Positions 31,360 to 40,819 of a stretch of 64,000 bases of DNA are shown here, in pieces. Position 1 is the stretch's first letter. Each line of letters begins with the position of its first letter. The position numbers and the translations under genes were made by a program. The DNA lies in NCBI GenBank assembly GCA_965224025.1, contig OZ245033.1:3872001-3936000 (forward strand). Reading direction: 5' to 3'. The notes under the pieces were generated by a model, which saw only the letters and a list, made by a program, of their open reading frames with translations, did no database searches and had not been told where the DNA came from. The DNA is from Candidatus Multivorans sp. (GTDB lineage Bacteria > Acidobacteriota > Thermoanaerobaculia > Multivoradales > Multivoraceae).

Positions 31360-31467
31360 AACCGCTCCCGGATGCGGGCGGGACGCCCGCGTGCCATCCG
31401 TTCGCCCGGTGACGGGCGCACGGAGTGGTTCGCGGGTGGCGCGGATCGCGCCACCCGGGTTCCCAGG
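31360..31467 (+). repeat. Three-hairpin REP-like element, copy 1 (intergenic, between convergent genes)
   Basis: GCGGGC-GGGAC-GCCCGC / CCGTTCGCCC...GGGCGCACGG / CGGGTGGCGCG-GAT-CGCGCCACCCG, then GGTTCCCAGG. Confidence 0.9.
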
Positions 31468-31474
31468 CTAGGGC

Positions 31475-32503
31475 TTACTCCTGGCCGGTGCTCGACTGCC
31501 CCTGGAACTCCGACTCCAGCAGCCGCGCGCCGCGCAGCATGTTGCCCATCGCGTAGTTGCCCTCGTGGCAGGCGTACTCGTAGCTCTTGCCCGTCGTCTT
31601 CGGCCACGGCAGCTCACCGCTGTACGGCGCCTCGTACTCGGGGTTCTCAACCGTGAAGCTGTAGAGCAGGCTGTCCCCGTCATTGGGGCTGAAGCGCTCG
31701 ACGACGCGCACTCCCTCGCCGCGCAGGTCGGGCATGTCGCGGAAGTTGGTCGTCTCGACGACCAGCGTGTCGCCCTCCCACCAACCGATGGAGTCGCCGC
31801 TGAGGGAAGTGTAGTCCGCCGGCATGTGCTCACCGCCGATGCGGACGACCCGGGTCCAGTGCATCCACTCGATCATGATCAGGAAGTGGTCTTCGGTCTG
31901 CACGATCGTCTTCACGTTGTTGTAAGGCAACGGACGGATCGCGACCGAGGCCGTCGGCTGATACATGCACCGCACGCCGACGATGTTCGTCTCCGGACCG
32001 TCGTAGGGGATGTCGCCGGACTCGAGCCACCAGGCGTAACCCTTGTTCGGCCACGCGAACTTCGGGGCGGCCGCCGCCCGCTTCTTGCCCTCTTCGGTCA
32101 TCGCCGGCATCCGCCCGTTCGGCGGGTCGGTCAGCACCGAGGTCCGGTACTTGCCGTCGATCATGAAGTTCTGGCTGCCCCACTCGAACCAGAAATTGTT
32201 GTAGGCGCCGACATTGCCGCCCTCCTCCGGCGCCGCCCGCTCCGGATCGCTGGGCGCGTCCTGGGTTGCGTTCCTGTCGGCACGCGACTTCGCATTCGCC
32301 TGCGCCTCCTCGACAGTGAGGGTCAGCTTGTCGCCGAACTCCTTCGGCCTCGCAAACGGCGTGATGCTCGAGATGTCGTACACGCCGGTGAAGTCCGGCT
32401 TGCCGTCGGCGGTTCTCTTGATCTCGCCTTCGGCGGCGACGGCAGCCGAAGCTGCGGCAACGAGTACAACCAGAACGGCGGTAGCGATCAGCGACTTTCT
32501 CAT
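31475..32503 (-). CDS. Conserved secreted hypothetical protein
   Basis: Signal peptide MRKSLIATAVLVVL; RTADGKPDF, GDSIGWWEGDTLVVET, EYACHEGN motifs of a widespread uncharacterised family. Confidence 0.8.
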   Translation of the reverse strand: MRKSLIATAVLVVLVAAASAAVAAEGEIKRTADGKPDFTGVYDISSITPFARPKEFGDKLTLTVEEAQANAKSRADRNATQDAPSDPERAAPEEGGNVGAYNNFWFEWGSQNFMIDGKYRTSVLTDPPNGRMPAMTEEGKKRAAAAPKFAWPNKGYAWWLESGDIPYDGPETNIVGVRCMYQPTASVAIRPLPYNNVKTIVQTEDHFLIMIEWMHWTRVVRIGGEHMPADYTSLSGDSIGWWEGDTLVVETTNFRDMPDLRGEGVRVVERFSPNDGDSLLYSFTVENPEYEAPYSGELPWPKTTGKSYEYACHEGNYAMGNMLRGARLLESEFQGQSSTGQE

Positions 32504-32614
32504 GTCGGCCTCCAGGCTCTGAGACGTGACTTCCGTTGTTGAATGCGGCAATCCTAGCAGCCCTCGCTGCGATACGCTTCCGCGCCACGACACCGATCCC
32601 TCGCAGGAGGTCCG

Positions 32615-33097
32615 ATGCCACGATCCGTCCCCGTCGCCATCACCGTCAACGGCAGCAAGTGCGAGCGACAAGTCGAGCCGCGCACGCTGCTGGTCCACTT
32701 CCTGCGCGAGGAACTCGACCTCACGGGCGTCCATGTCGGCTGCGAGAGCACGCTCTGCGGCGCCTGCACCGTGCATCTGAACGAGCGCGCGGTGAAGAGC
32801 TGCACCGTGCTGGCGGTCCAGGCCGACGGCCAGGACGTGACGACGATCGAGGGTCTCGCCGCTGACGCCGATCATCTCCATCCCCTGCAGGTCGGCTTCT
32901 GGGAGAAGCACGGTCTGCAGTGCGGCTACTGCACCCCCGGAATGATCATGGCGGCGAAGCAACTGCTCGACGACAACCCGAATCCGACCGAGGCGGAGAT
33001 CCGGGAAGCGATCGACGGCAACATCTGCCGCTGCACCGGCTACCAGCAGATCGTCGACGCGGTACAGCACGCCGCCGAAGTCGCGGGAGGGGCGTAG
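32615..33097 (+). CDS. CoxS-like (2Fe-2S) subunit
   Basis: [27 protein letters not shown]. Confidence 0.92.
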   Translation: MPRSVPVAITVNGSKCERQVEPRTLLVHFLREELDLTGVHVGCESTLCGACTVHLNERAVKSCTVLAVQADGQDVTTIEGLAADADHLHPLQVGFWEKHGLQCGYCTPGMIMAAKQLLDDNPNPTEAEIREAIDGNICRCTGYQQIVDAVQHAAEVAGGA

Positions 33098-33099
33098 AG

Positions 33100-35445
33100 A
33101 TGACGACGTTTCGACCGAACTCCGTGGGCCAGCCCATCAAGCGGCGCGAGGATCCGCGCCTAATCCGGGGCCTCGCCACCTACACCGACGACGTCAAGCT
33201 GCCGCGAATGACCTACGCCGCGTTCGTCCGCAGCGATTTCGCGGCCGGCGCCATCCGCTCGATCGACGCCGAGGCCGCCGCCGCCCGCCCGGGCGTCGTC
33301 GGCGTCTACACCTATGCCGACATGGAGGGCCAGGTCGGACCGACCCCTGTGGGCGTCGAACTCCCGGGCATGGGCAAGGCAGACCACCCGCTGCTGGCGA
33401 ATGGCCGCGTGCTCTACGTCGGCCACCCGGTCGCGGTCGTCGTGGCCGAAACGCCGTATGCGGCGCGCGACGCCGCCGGCCAGGTGGAAGTCGACATCGA
33501 ACCCCGGGAGGCCGTCGTCGACGTCGAGGAGGCGATCGCGCCCGGCGCAACGAAGGTCTACGAGGAACTCGACAGCAACATCTGCCTCCAGATTCCGGCC
33601 CCGAACCCGGAGGCCGACAAGCTCTTCGAGCAGGCCGACCAGACGCTGTCGCTGCGGCTGCTGAACCAGCGCGTCGCGCCGTTCCCAATGGAAGGGCGCG
33701 CCATCTGCGCCCACTGGGAGGAAGGCCCCGGCAAGCTGACGATCTGGACCTCGAACCAGGCGCCCCACTCCGTCAAGCAGCAGATCGCGATGTGCCTGGG
33801 CATCCCCGAGATCCGCATCCGCGCCATCGCTCCCGAGGTCGGCGGCGGCTTCGGAGCGAAGATCCCGACCTACGCGGAGGACGCCCTGCTGTGCTGGGTG
33901 TCCCGCGACCTCAAGCGGCCGGTCAAGTGGTCGGAGACCCGAACCGAGAACCTGCTCGGCATGACCCACGGCCGAGGTCACGTCGAGAAGATCGAGGTCG
34001 CCTTCCAGAACGACGGCCGCGTGCTCGCGCTCAAGGGGCAGACGATCTCAGACATCGGCGCGTTCCGTTCCTTCTTCGGTCCGTTCATCGCTCTCTCCAC
34101 CCACACCATGTCCTGCGGCTGCTACGACATCAAGGCCGTCGCCTGGGAGACGTCGTCGGTGTTCACGAACACGATGGCGACCGAGGCCTATCGCGGCGCC
34201 GGACGGCCGGAGGCCGCCTACATCATCGAGCGCGTGATGGACGAGGTGGCGGCAGCCACCGGCCTCGACCCGGTCGCCGTCCGGCGCCGGAACTTCATCA
34301 GCAAGGACGTCTTCCCCCACACTACCGCCTCCGGCGCCACCTATGACACCGGCGACTACGAGAAGTCGCTGCACCGTCTGATGGAACTCGCCGGCTACGA
34401 CGAAGCGCGCGCGGCCCAGCGGAGCGCGCGGGAGGAAGGCCGGCTGGTCGGAATCGGGCTCGCCACGTTCACCGAGGTGTGCGGTCTCGGGCCGTCGACC
34501 GGCACCGCTCCGCAGCAGCGCATGGGGACCTGGGAAAGCGCGACCGTGCGAGTCGAACCGAGCGGCAACGTCACCGTCTACACGGGTATCTCTCCACACG
34601 GCCAGGGCCAGGAGACCGTCTTCGCCCAGATGGCGTCGGACGCCTTCGGTGTCGGCCTCGACGACGTGGTCGTGGTCCATGGCGACACGGACCAGGTCCA
34701 GCACGGTGTCGGCACGTTCGGCAGCCGCGGCATCGCGGTCGGAGGCGCGGCGCTCGACATGGCATTGGTCAAGGTCCACGCCAAGGCAACTCGGATCGCG
34801 GCCCACCATCTCGACGCGCCCGTCGACCAGATCGAGTTCGACGACGGCGAGTTCACCGTCAGCGGCGCGGACCGCAAGCTCACCTTCCGCCAAGTCGCCG
34901 AGATGGCCCATCTCTGGAACGTCGCCGTGCCGGGCGAAGAGCCCGGACTCGAGGCGGTCGCCCGCTTCGAACCCTCGGCGACGACGTTCCCGTTCGGCGC
35001 CCACCTGTGCCAGGTCGAGATCGACCCCGAGAGCGGTCAGATCGCGATCCAGCGCTACGTGGCGGTCGACGATTTCGGCGAGGTGATCAACCCGATGCTG
35101 GCCGACGGCCAGCGCCTCGGGGGCGTCGTCCAGGGCATCGGCCAGGCGATGTGGGAGGAGGTCCAGTACGACGACGGCGGGCAGCTCCTCTCCGGCACCC
35201 TGATGGACTACGCGGTCCCCCGCGCCAAGCACTTCCCGCGCATGGTGCTGGACAACACGGTCACGCCGACGCCGATCAACCCGCTCGGCGCGAAGGGTAT
35301 CGGCGAACTCGGAACGATCGGGGCCACGCCTTGCATCGTGAACGCCATCGTCGACGCGCTGCGGCCCCTCGGCATCGACAACATCGACATGCCGGCCAAG
35401 CCCGAGCGCATCTGGCAGGCAATCCAGTCGGCCGGAGCGGCCTAG
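33100..35445 (+). CDS. CoxL-like (form II) Mo-hydroxylase large subunit
   Basis: RREDPRL, GGGFGAK, active-site loop AYRGAGRPE, KGIGE. Confidence 0.9.
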   Translation: MTTFRPNSVGQPIKRREDPRLIRGLATYTDDVKLPRMTYAAFVRSDFAAGAIRSIDAEAAAARPGVVGVYTYADMEGQVGPTPVGVELPGMGKADHPLLANGRVLYVGHPVAVVVAETPYAARDAAGQVEVDIEPREAVVDVEEAIAPGATKVYEELDSNICLQIPAPNPEADKLFEQADQTLSLRLLNQRVAPFPMEGRAICAHWEEGPGKLTIWTSNQAPHSVKQQIAMCLGIPEIRIRAIAPEVGGGFGAKIPTYAEDALLCWVSRDLKRPVKWSETRTENLLGMTHGRGHVEKIEVAFQNDGRVLALKGQTISDIGAFRSFFGPFIALSTHTMSCGCYDIKAVAWETSSVFTNTMATEAYRGAGRPEAAYIIERVMDEVAAATGLDPVAVRRRNFISKDVFPHTTASGATYDTGDYEKSLHRLMELAGYDEARAAQRSAREEGRLVGIGLATFTEVCGLGPSTGTAPQQRMGTWESATVRVEPSGNVTVYTGISPHGQGQETVFAQMASDAFGVGLDDVVVVHGDTDQVQHGVGTFGSRGIAVGGAALDMALVKVHAKATRIAAHHLDAPVDQIEFDDGEFTVSGADRKLTFRQVAEMAHLWNVAVPGEEPGLEAVARFEPSATTFPFGAHLCQVEIDPESGQIAIQRYVAVDDFGEVINPMLADGQRLGGVVQGIGQAMWEEVQYDDGGQLLSGTLMDYAVPRAKHFPRMVLDNTVTPTPINPLGAKGIGELGTIGATPCIVNAIVDALRPLGIDNIDMPAKPERIWQAIQSAGAA

Positions 35446-35451
35446 GTTCGG

Positions 35452-35889
35452 TCAGCGTGCGTCGAAAGGCCTCTCGGCGCCGACTCCCTTCTCAGGGCGA
35501 AGCCGAGTCCAGACCAAGCCGCCCACCCGTTCGTAGTGCCCGTCGAACGTGAGGAGTTCGCTCCCGGTCTCGAAGGTGTGGGCGGCTACCCAGATGTCAT
35601 TGGTCGGGATCGGTGTGCCCCTGGCCCGAAGACTTGCCGCGATGCGCGAGTAGCGGTCGCTTGTCCTCAAGCTGACCGGAAGGAACTCGACGCGATGTCT
35701 CCCAAGGAAACTCCGCAGGCTCTCCATGTTCTGCTCGAAGCGCGATCCTCGTCGGAATCCAGAAAGCAGTTCACCGGCGACCACTGCGGAGAAGTAGATG
35801 CGGCTGGCGGCCTGGAGCCTGCGATGAACGCCTCGATGACCACGCTTCCACTGGGAGTAGGCGTCGGTGTCGAGCAGATAGACCGTCAC
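35452..35889 (-). CDS. vapC: VapC (PIN) toxin
   Basis: YLLDTD, GEL, PIPTNDIWVAA, LLTFDGHY. Confidence 0.9.
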   Translation of the reverse strand: MTVYLLDTDAYSQWKRGHRGVHRRLQAASRIYFSAVVAGELLSGFRRGSRFEQNMESLRSFLGRHRVEFLPVSLRTSDRYSRIAASLRARGTPIPTNDIWVAAHTFETGSELLTFDGHYERVGGLVWTRLRPEKGVGAERPFDAR

Positions 35890-36155
35890 CTCCACATCTC
35901 TTCGTCGATGACCTCGAAATCGCTAACGGCTCGGTCGAACTCGTCCGCTTCTTCGACCGACCAGGTACCAAAGAGATCATCGAGGCTGTTGCCGACCACA
36001 CCGTCGCCATCTCTGTTGTCCGGCTGACTGAGCCCCCTGCGCAGCAACTTCCGCACGGACTGATTCAGCGAGAGTGCCTCTTCGTCGGCAATGCGGTGTA
36101 GCTCTCGAACGATGTCGTCGTCCAAACCACGAACGGTGAGTTGCTTGAGCGTCAT
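35886..36155 (-). CDS. RHH antitoxin (FitA/VapB-like)
   Basis: KQLTVRGLDD...SLNQ; GGAGGAGG RBS; GTGA overlap with the toxin. Confidence 0.85.
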   Translation of the reverse strand: MTLKQLTVRGLDDDIVRELHRIADEEALSLNQSVRKLLRRGLSQPDNRDGDGVVGNSLDDLFGTWSVEEADEFDRAVSDFEVIDEEMWR

Positions 36156-36189
36156 TTGTCCTCCTCCAAGGATGAGTCGCCGCCGAGTC

Positions 36190-37374
36190 ATGCTGACTCT
36201 ATCCGCGGCTCGAATCCGACCGCAAGCCAATGACGCTCGCATCACCTTGTTGCGTCTCGCGACGTTCTGCGTGCTCGCCTTGGCGCTCTGCGGCACGGCG
36301 ACGGCCCAGGAGCACAGCTTCGGCCCATTGCCCGTGGCCGAGGCCTGGCTGGGGGGCGGCGCCGGGTTTCTGAGCCTGCCCGTCGAGGCGCCGCGCGACT
36401 CGGCGCCGGAAGAGGCACGCTGGCAAGTCTCAGCGTCGCTGGGGCTCTCCAGCTTCTGGCTCCGCTCGCCGGCGGTGTCCGAGGTCATCGAGGCGCGGCC
36501 CGAGCGCGGCCCGGTGACGGTCGAGGAACTCGATCGAATCGCCCCCTGGCCGGGGCCGGAGGGAATCTACTTCGCGGACACCGAAGTCCACCGCTTGAGG
36601 GTCGATGTACGCCGGCGCTTCGGCCGAAGGCTCGAGCTGGGTCTCAGAACCTCGATCGTCGACGCCGGCGGCGGCGTGCTAGACCCAGTGATCGAGGGCT
36701 TCCACGACCTGTTCGGCTTCCGTCAGTCCGGCCGGCCACAGACGCTCCAAAAGGAGTACGGCCTGTACTTCCGACGCGACGGCAAAGGCGGACCAAGCAG
36801 CTACGGGGACCGGCTGCGCTTCATCCGCTTCGACGAGCCGGGGCCCGGCCTGGGTGAGACCGTTGCCTCCCTCAAGTGGGGGTTCGGAGCCGGATCAGCG
36901 GCGTGGCGACAGGCCGTCCAAGTACAGGTCAAGTTGCCAACCGGCAACGACGACGACTTCTACGGCACCGGTTCGGTGGACACGGCGGTCCAGTATCTGG
37001 CTTCCCGCCCCTGGCGCCGCTGGACCCTCTACGGCAACGCCGGCTTCGTCCGGCTCGGCGGCCATGCCTTGCTGACGCTGGAGCCGCAGGACATGGTCAC
37101 GGTCGCCATCGCCGGCGAACGCCCACTCGGTCCCAAGACGTCGCTGGTCCTGCAACTCCGCCACCAGAAAAGCCCCTTCCGGCAGTTGAAGCTCTCGATC
37201 CTCGGCGTCACGTCAACCCTGATCGACGTCGGCTGGACGCGCAGCCTCAAGCCGGGCCGAAGCGGACGCGATCGCGCCGCCTACCTCAGCCTGAGCAACA
37301 ACACGGCGAAGTACGGCTCGGCCGTCGACATCAGCCTGCACGCGGGAATCCGCCTGCGGACCGATCCGAACTAG
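36190..37374 (+). CDS. DUF3187-like outer-membrane protein (start uncertain)
   Basis: Signal peptide; GGVLDPVIEGFHDLFG, KLPTG...GTG motifs; amphipathic beta strands. Confidence 0.65.
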   Translation: MLTLSAARIRPQANDARITLLRLATFCVLALALCGTATAQEHSFGPLPVAEAWLGGGAGFLSLPVEAPRDSAPEEARWQVSASLGLSSFWLRSPAVSEVIEARPERGPVTVEELDRIAPWPGPEGIYFADTEVHRLRVDVRRRFGRRLELGLRTSIVDAGGGVLDPVIEGFHDLFGFRQSGRPQTLQKEYGLYFRRDGKGGPSSYGDRLRFIRFDEPGPGLGETVASLKWGFGAGSAAWRQAVQVQVKLPTGNDDDFYGTGSVDTAVQYLASRPWRRWTLYGNAGFVRLGGHALLTLEPQDMVTVAIAGERPLGPKTSLVLQLRHQKSPFRQLKLSILGVTSTLIDVGWTRSLKPGRSGRDRAAYLSLSNNTAKYGSAVDISLHAGIRLRTDPN

Positions 37375-38936
37375 CGCCCTGGCGCGTTGCGGTAGTCAAG
37401 GGGCGGCTGCTGGCCCTCTTCCAGAGCCGCGCGGTAGGGGCGGTCGGCGAGTCGCCGGTCGTGTTCCTCGCGGGCTGCCTCCACGATCGAAGGATCCGCC
37501 AGCAGGTCCCACGCCGTAGCCGCCAGCACACGAGCGGCCATCAACATGCCCTGGCGGCCGATCGTCGTGCCGCCTGAGGCGACCGCCTGCCAGGAGTGGG
37601 CCGGGGTACCCGGCACCCAGCAGGCCGTTCGGATACCGGTCGTCGGCGTAACCCAGGACACGTCGCCGACGTCGGTGGACCCCAGGGTCGTGTTGCCCGT
37701 GTCGTCGCGCAACTCGGCCACCGACGCGAGCGGGCGCGGCTTCAGCAGTGATTCCTGCAGCTTGCGGGCCCAGCCACGCTCCTCTTCGCTGTACTCCATG
37801 TCGATGAGGGCCTTGAAGTTCCGTAACGAAACTTCGGAGAGCGTGTCGTTCGGGAGGAGGTTGTGGATTCCTCCCAGGAACTCGATCTCCAGTTCGGTCT
37901 CCGTCGCGTGGGCAGCCCCCTCGGCCACCAGCACCAGCCGGTCGTAGATCGAGCGCGCGATGCCGATGTCCGGGTGGCGCACGTAGTAGTACGCCTCGGC
38001 GAACGCCGGCACCACGTTCGGGGCGTCGCCACCGGCGGTGATCACATGATGGATGCGCGTGCGGTCGGGCGTGTGCTCCCGGAGCAGTTCGGCGCCGTAG
38101 TTGAGGATCGCCACCGCGTCTAGCGCCGAGCGCCCCGCTTCGGGCGACGCGGCGGCGTGGGCGCTGCGGCCGCGGTAGCGGAACTTGGCCGCGACGCGGG
38201 CGAGGTTCGTCGGGTCGCCGACAGAGTTCACGTCGCCCGGATGCCAGTGGAGGACGGCATCAACGTCGTCGAACAGTCCGGCCCGGGCCATGAATGCCTT
38301 GGCGCCGCCGCCTTCCTCGGCCGGCGTCCCGTAGAGCCGCAGCGTGCCCCGGATCGCGCCGCCGCGGATGCCGTCGCCCACCGCGAGGGCCGCGCCGAGC
38401 GAACCGGCGCCGAACAGGTGATGCCCGCAGGCATGGCCCCAGTCGGGTCCCTCGCGCGGAGAACGGGTCGGAACCGCTTCCTGGGACAGTCCCGGCAGGG
38501 CGTCGAACTCGGCAAGGATCGCGATGACCGGACGTCCGGTGCCGAAAGAGGCCACGAAGCTCGTCGGGATGCCGGCGACTCCCCGTTCGACTTCGAAGCC
38601 CTCCTCCTCGACGATCGAGGCAAGCAGCGCCGACGACTTCGTCTCCTGGTAACCGGGCTCAGCCCACTCCCAGACCTTCCGCGCCGCGTCCCACAGCAGG
38701 TCCGCGCGCTCCGCCACCGCCGTCTCAAGGTCGTTCTTCTGCCCCACCCCGTCGGCCGCCGCCGACGCGCGCGGAATCAGGGCCAGCGCGACCCCGAGAA
38801 CGACTGCGGGTAGAGCATGCCCTGGGAACCCGGGTGGCGCGATCCGCGCCACCCGCGAACCATTCCGTGCGCCCGTCTTCGGGCGCACGGATGGCACGCG
38901 GGCATCTTGCCCGCATCCGGCCTTCCGCCTAGCCAT
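37371..38936 (-). CDS. Secreted AbgB-like M20 amidohydrolase
   Basis: AEFDALPGLSQ, GHACGHH, GTPAEEG, WHPG, GSTDVGDVSW; signal peptide interrupted by repeat copy 2. Confidence 0.88.
   Translation of the reverse strand: MARRKAGCGQDARVPSVRPKTGARNGSRVARIAPPGFPGHALPAVVLGVALALIPRASAAADGVGQKNDLETAVAERADLLWDAARKVWEWAEPGYQETKSSALLASIVEEEGFEVERGVAGIPTSFVASFGTGRPVIAILAEFDALPGLSQEAVPTRSPREGPDWGHACGHHLFGAGSLGAALAVGDGIRGGAIRGTLRLYGTPAEEGGGAKAFMARAGLFDDVDAVLHWHPGDVNSVGDPTNLARVAAKFRYRGRSAHAAASPEAGRSALDAVAILNYGAELLREHTPDRTRIHHVITAGGDAPNVVPAFAEAYYYVRHPDIGIARSIYDRLVLVAEGAAHATETELEIEFLGGIHNLLPNDTLSEVSLRNFKALIDMEYSEEERGWARKLQESLLKPRPLASVAELRDDTGNTTLGSTDVGDVSWVTPTTGIRTACWVPGTPAHSWQAVASGGTTIGRQGMLMAARVLAATAWDLLADPSIVEAAREEHDRRLADRPYRAALEEGQQPPLDYRNAPGR
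38821..38920 (-). repeat. Three-hairpin REP-like element, copy 2 (in frame within signal-peptide coding region)
   Basis: Reverse complement is near-identical to 31368-31467. Confidence 0.9.
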
Positions 38937-40032
38937 CGAAGACGATGACCTGCCGCGCCACCTCGCCCTTCTTCAGGTTCTGCAGCGCCTCGTTGATCTG
39001 CGAGAACCCGACGCGGTCCGAAATCAGCTCGTCGAGCTTCAGCTTGCCGGCCAGGTAGAAATCGATCAGCCGCGGCATGTCGATGCGGAAGCGGTTCGAA
39101 CCCATGACGCAGCCCTGGATCGCCTTCGCCTGGAGCATCTCGTGGCCCGGAATCTCGATCTTCTCGCCCATCGGGACCATGCCGATCACGGTCGCGGTGC
39201 CGCCGGGCCGCAGCATCGCCCACGCCTGCTCGGCGGTCACTTTGAGCCCGATCGCCTCGAAGGCGTACTGCACGCCGCCGCCGGTCATCTCCAGGACCTG
39301 CTCCACCGGATCGCCGGCGGACGCGTCCACCGTGTCCGTGGCGCCGAACTGCCGCGCCAGTTCGAGCTTGGAGGCCACCCGATCGACGGCGATGACCCGC
39401 CCGGCGCCGGCCAGTTCGGCCCCGTTGATCGTCGACAGACCAATGCCGCCGCAACCGATCACGGCCACCGTCGATCCCGGTTCGACCTGCGCCGTCCGGA
39501 ACGCCGCGCCGACGCCCGTGGTCACGGCGCAGCCGATGACCGCGGCGCGGTCGAGCGGCATGTCCTCGCGGATCTTCACCACCGCGTTCTCATGGACGAG
39601 CATCTGTTCCGCGAACGACGCCAGGTCCGCGAACTGCGAGACGGGCCGCGGACCGCCGCCATTGCTGGTTGGAAGCGCCAGCCGCGGCTCGGCGCTCCTC
39701 GGCCGCCGGGTGGCCCGCTTGTCGCAGAGGGTCGGCTCGCCGCTCATGCAGTACTCGCAGTAGCCGCAGAACACGGACAGACAGGTGATCACGTGGTCTC
39801 CCGGCTTGACGTAGCGCACCTCGGAGCCCACCTGCTCGACGATCCCGGCCGCCTCGTGGCCGAGGATCGCGGGCGTCCGGATCGGCCACAGCCCGTCCAC
39901 GAAGTGCAGGTCGCTGTGGCAAACGCCGACCACCGAACTCCGGATCAGGATCTCGTGCGGCCCCGGTTTGCCGATCGAGACGTCGGTGATCTCGAGCGGC
40001 TGACCCACCTCGTGGAATACGGCTGCTTTCAT
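38929..40032 (-). CDS. Zn-dependent alcohol dehydrogenase (class III-like)
   Basis: GVCHSD, GHE, CGYCEYC-x7-C, GCGGIG. Confidence 0.92.
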   Translation of the reverse strand: MKAAVFHEVGQPLEITDVSIGKPGPHEILIRSSVVGVCHSDLHFVDGLWPIRTPAILGHEAAGIVEQVGSEVRYVKPGDHVITCLSVFCGYCEYCMSGEPTLCDKRATRRPRSAEPRLALPTSNGGGPRPVSQFADLASFAEQMLVHENAVVKIREDMPLDRAAVIGCAVTTGVGAAFRTAQVEPGSTVAVIGCGGIGLSTINGAELAGAGRVIAVDRVASKLELARQFGATDTVDASAGDPVEQVLEMTGGGVQYAFEAIGLKVTAEQAWAMLRPGGTATVIGMVPMGEKIEIPGHEMLQAKAIQGCVMGSNRFRIDMPRLIDFYLAGKLKLDELISDRVGFSQINEALQNLKKGEVARQVIVFDG

Positions 40033-40269
40033 GTCTGGAACCCCTCCTGGCTGCCGGCGACACAGCACGACGTTCGACCGGCCGCGCCGGTCCCGGTGAA
40101 GGCCGGCAGGCTATCAGCGGCGTCGGCAGCCGCAGCGTGGTCGGAGTCGAAGCTTGCACGGAACAAGCCCTGTTTCCTGTGCGTCAGCGCGGCGCGGACG
40201 CCGCGACTCGACTCACATGAAGGAACAGCGGCTGGTATAGCCTCGTAAGCCCAGCTTGGGACCTCGTCC

Positions 40270-40614
40270 ATGCACAAAGCCAGGATCCTCGTTGACCCCC
40301 ACCCGGACCGCGTCCGGTTCAAGATGGATGTCCCCGTTGACTTCCATCTGGAAGGAGACGCCTGGATCGCATCCTGCCCTCTTCTGGACGTGGCAAGCCA
40401 CGGAGCGAACCGGGAAGAGGCCCAGGCGATGCTGGGCGAGGCTCTGGGCGCCTTCCTCTTCACCTGCTACGACATCGGAACCCTGGACGAAGTCCTGAGG
40501 GACTGCGGCTTTGAGACTTCGACCGCGAACCGGTACTCCGCTGCCAGCACCACAGATCGCCTGGTGCCCTTCCAGATGAGGCAGCAGCTTGTCCAGGCCG
40601 CTGCGGCCCATTAG
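40270..40614 (+). CDS. hicB: HicB-like antitoxin
   Basis: WIASCPLLDVASHGANREEAQAMLGEAL HicB fold. Confidence 0.75.
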   Translation: MHKARILVDPHPDRVRFKMDVPVDFHLEGDAWIASCPLLDVASHGANREEAQAMLGEALGAFLFTCYDIGTLDEVLRDCGFETSTANRYSAASTTDRLVPFQMRQQLVQAAAAH

Positions 40615-40819
40615 GCCGCGTCGGCTAGTCCGCGCCTTCGAACGGAATGGCTGGACCAGGAAGCACCAGGTCGGATCTCATCTGACGCTGACCAAGGCCG
40701 GGGCGAGTCGCCCCGTTGTCATCCCGATGGGCAAGGACGTACCCGTGGGCATCATCCTCAAGAACATGCGCACTGCCGGTATGACCCGGAGACGGCTTTT
40801 CGAGCTTCTCGACGAGTAG
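40589..40819 (+). CDS. hicA: HicA toxin
   Basis: LVRAFERNGW...GSH...VVIP...GIILK; small and basic. Confidence 0.8.
   Translation: MSRPLRPIRPRRLVRAFERNGWTRKHQVGSHLTLTKAGASRPVVIPMGKDVPVGIILKNMRTAGMTRRRLFELLDE

Noticed and set aside
31360-31467. CRISPR array or tRNA-like gene suggested by the hairpin repeats
   Set aside because: Copies are dispersed with no repeat-spacer periodicity, no cas genes are present, and the T-arm/anticodon consensus is absent.
33100-35445. Aerobic CO dehydrogenase (form I)
   Set aside because: The active-site loop is AYRGAGR, not AYXCSFR, and there is no coxM.
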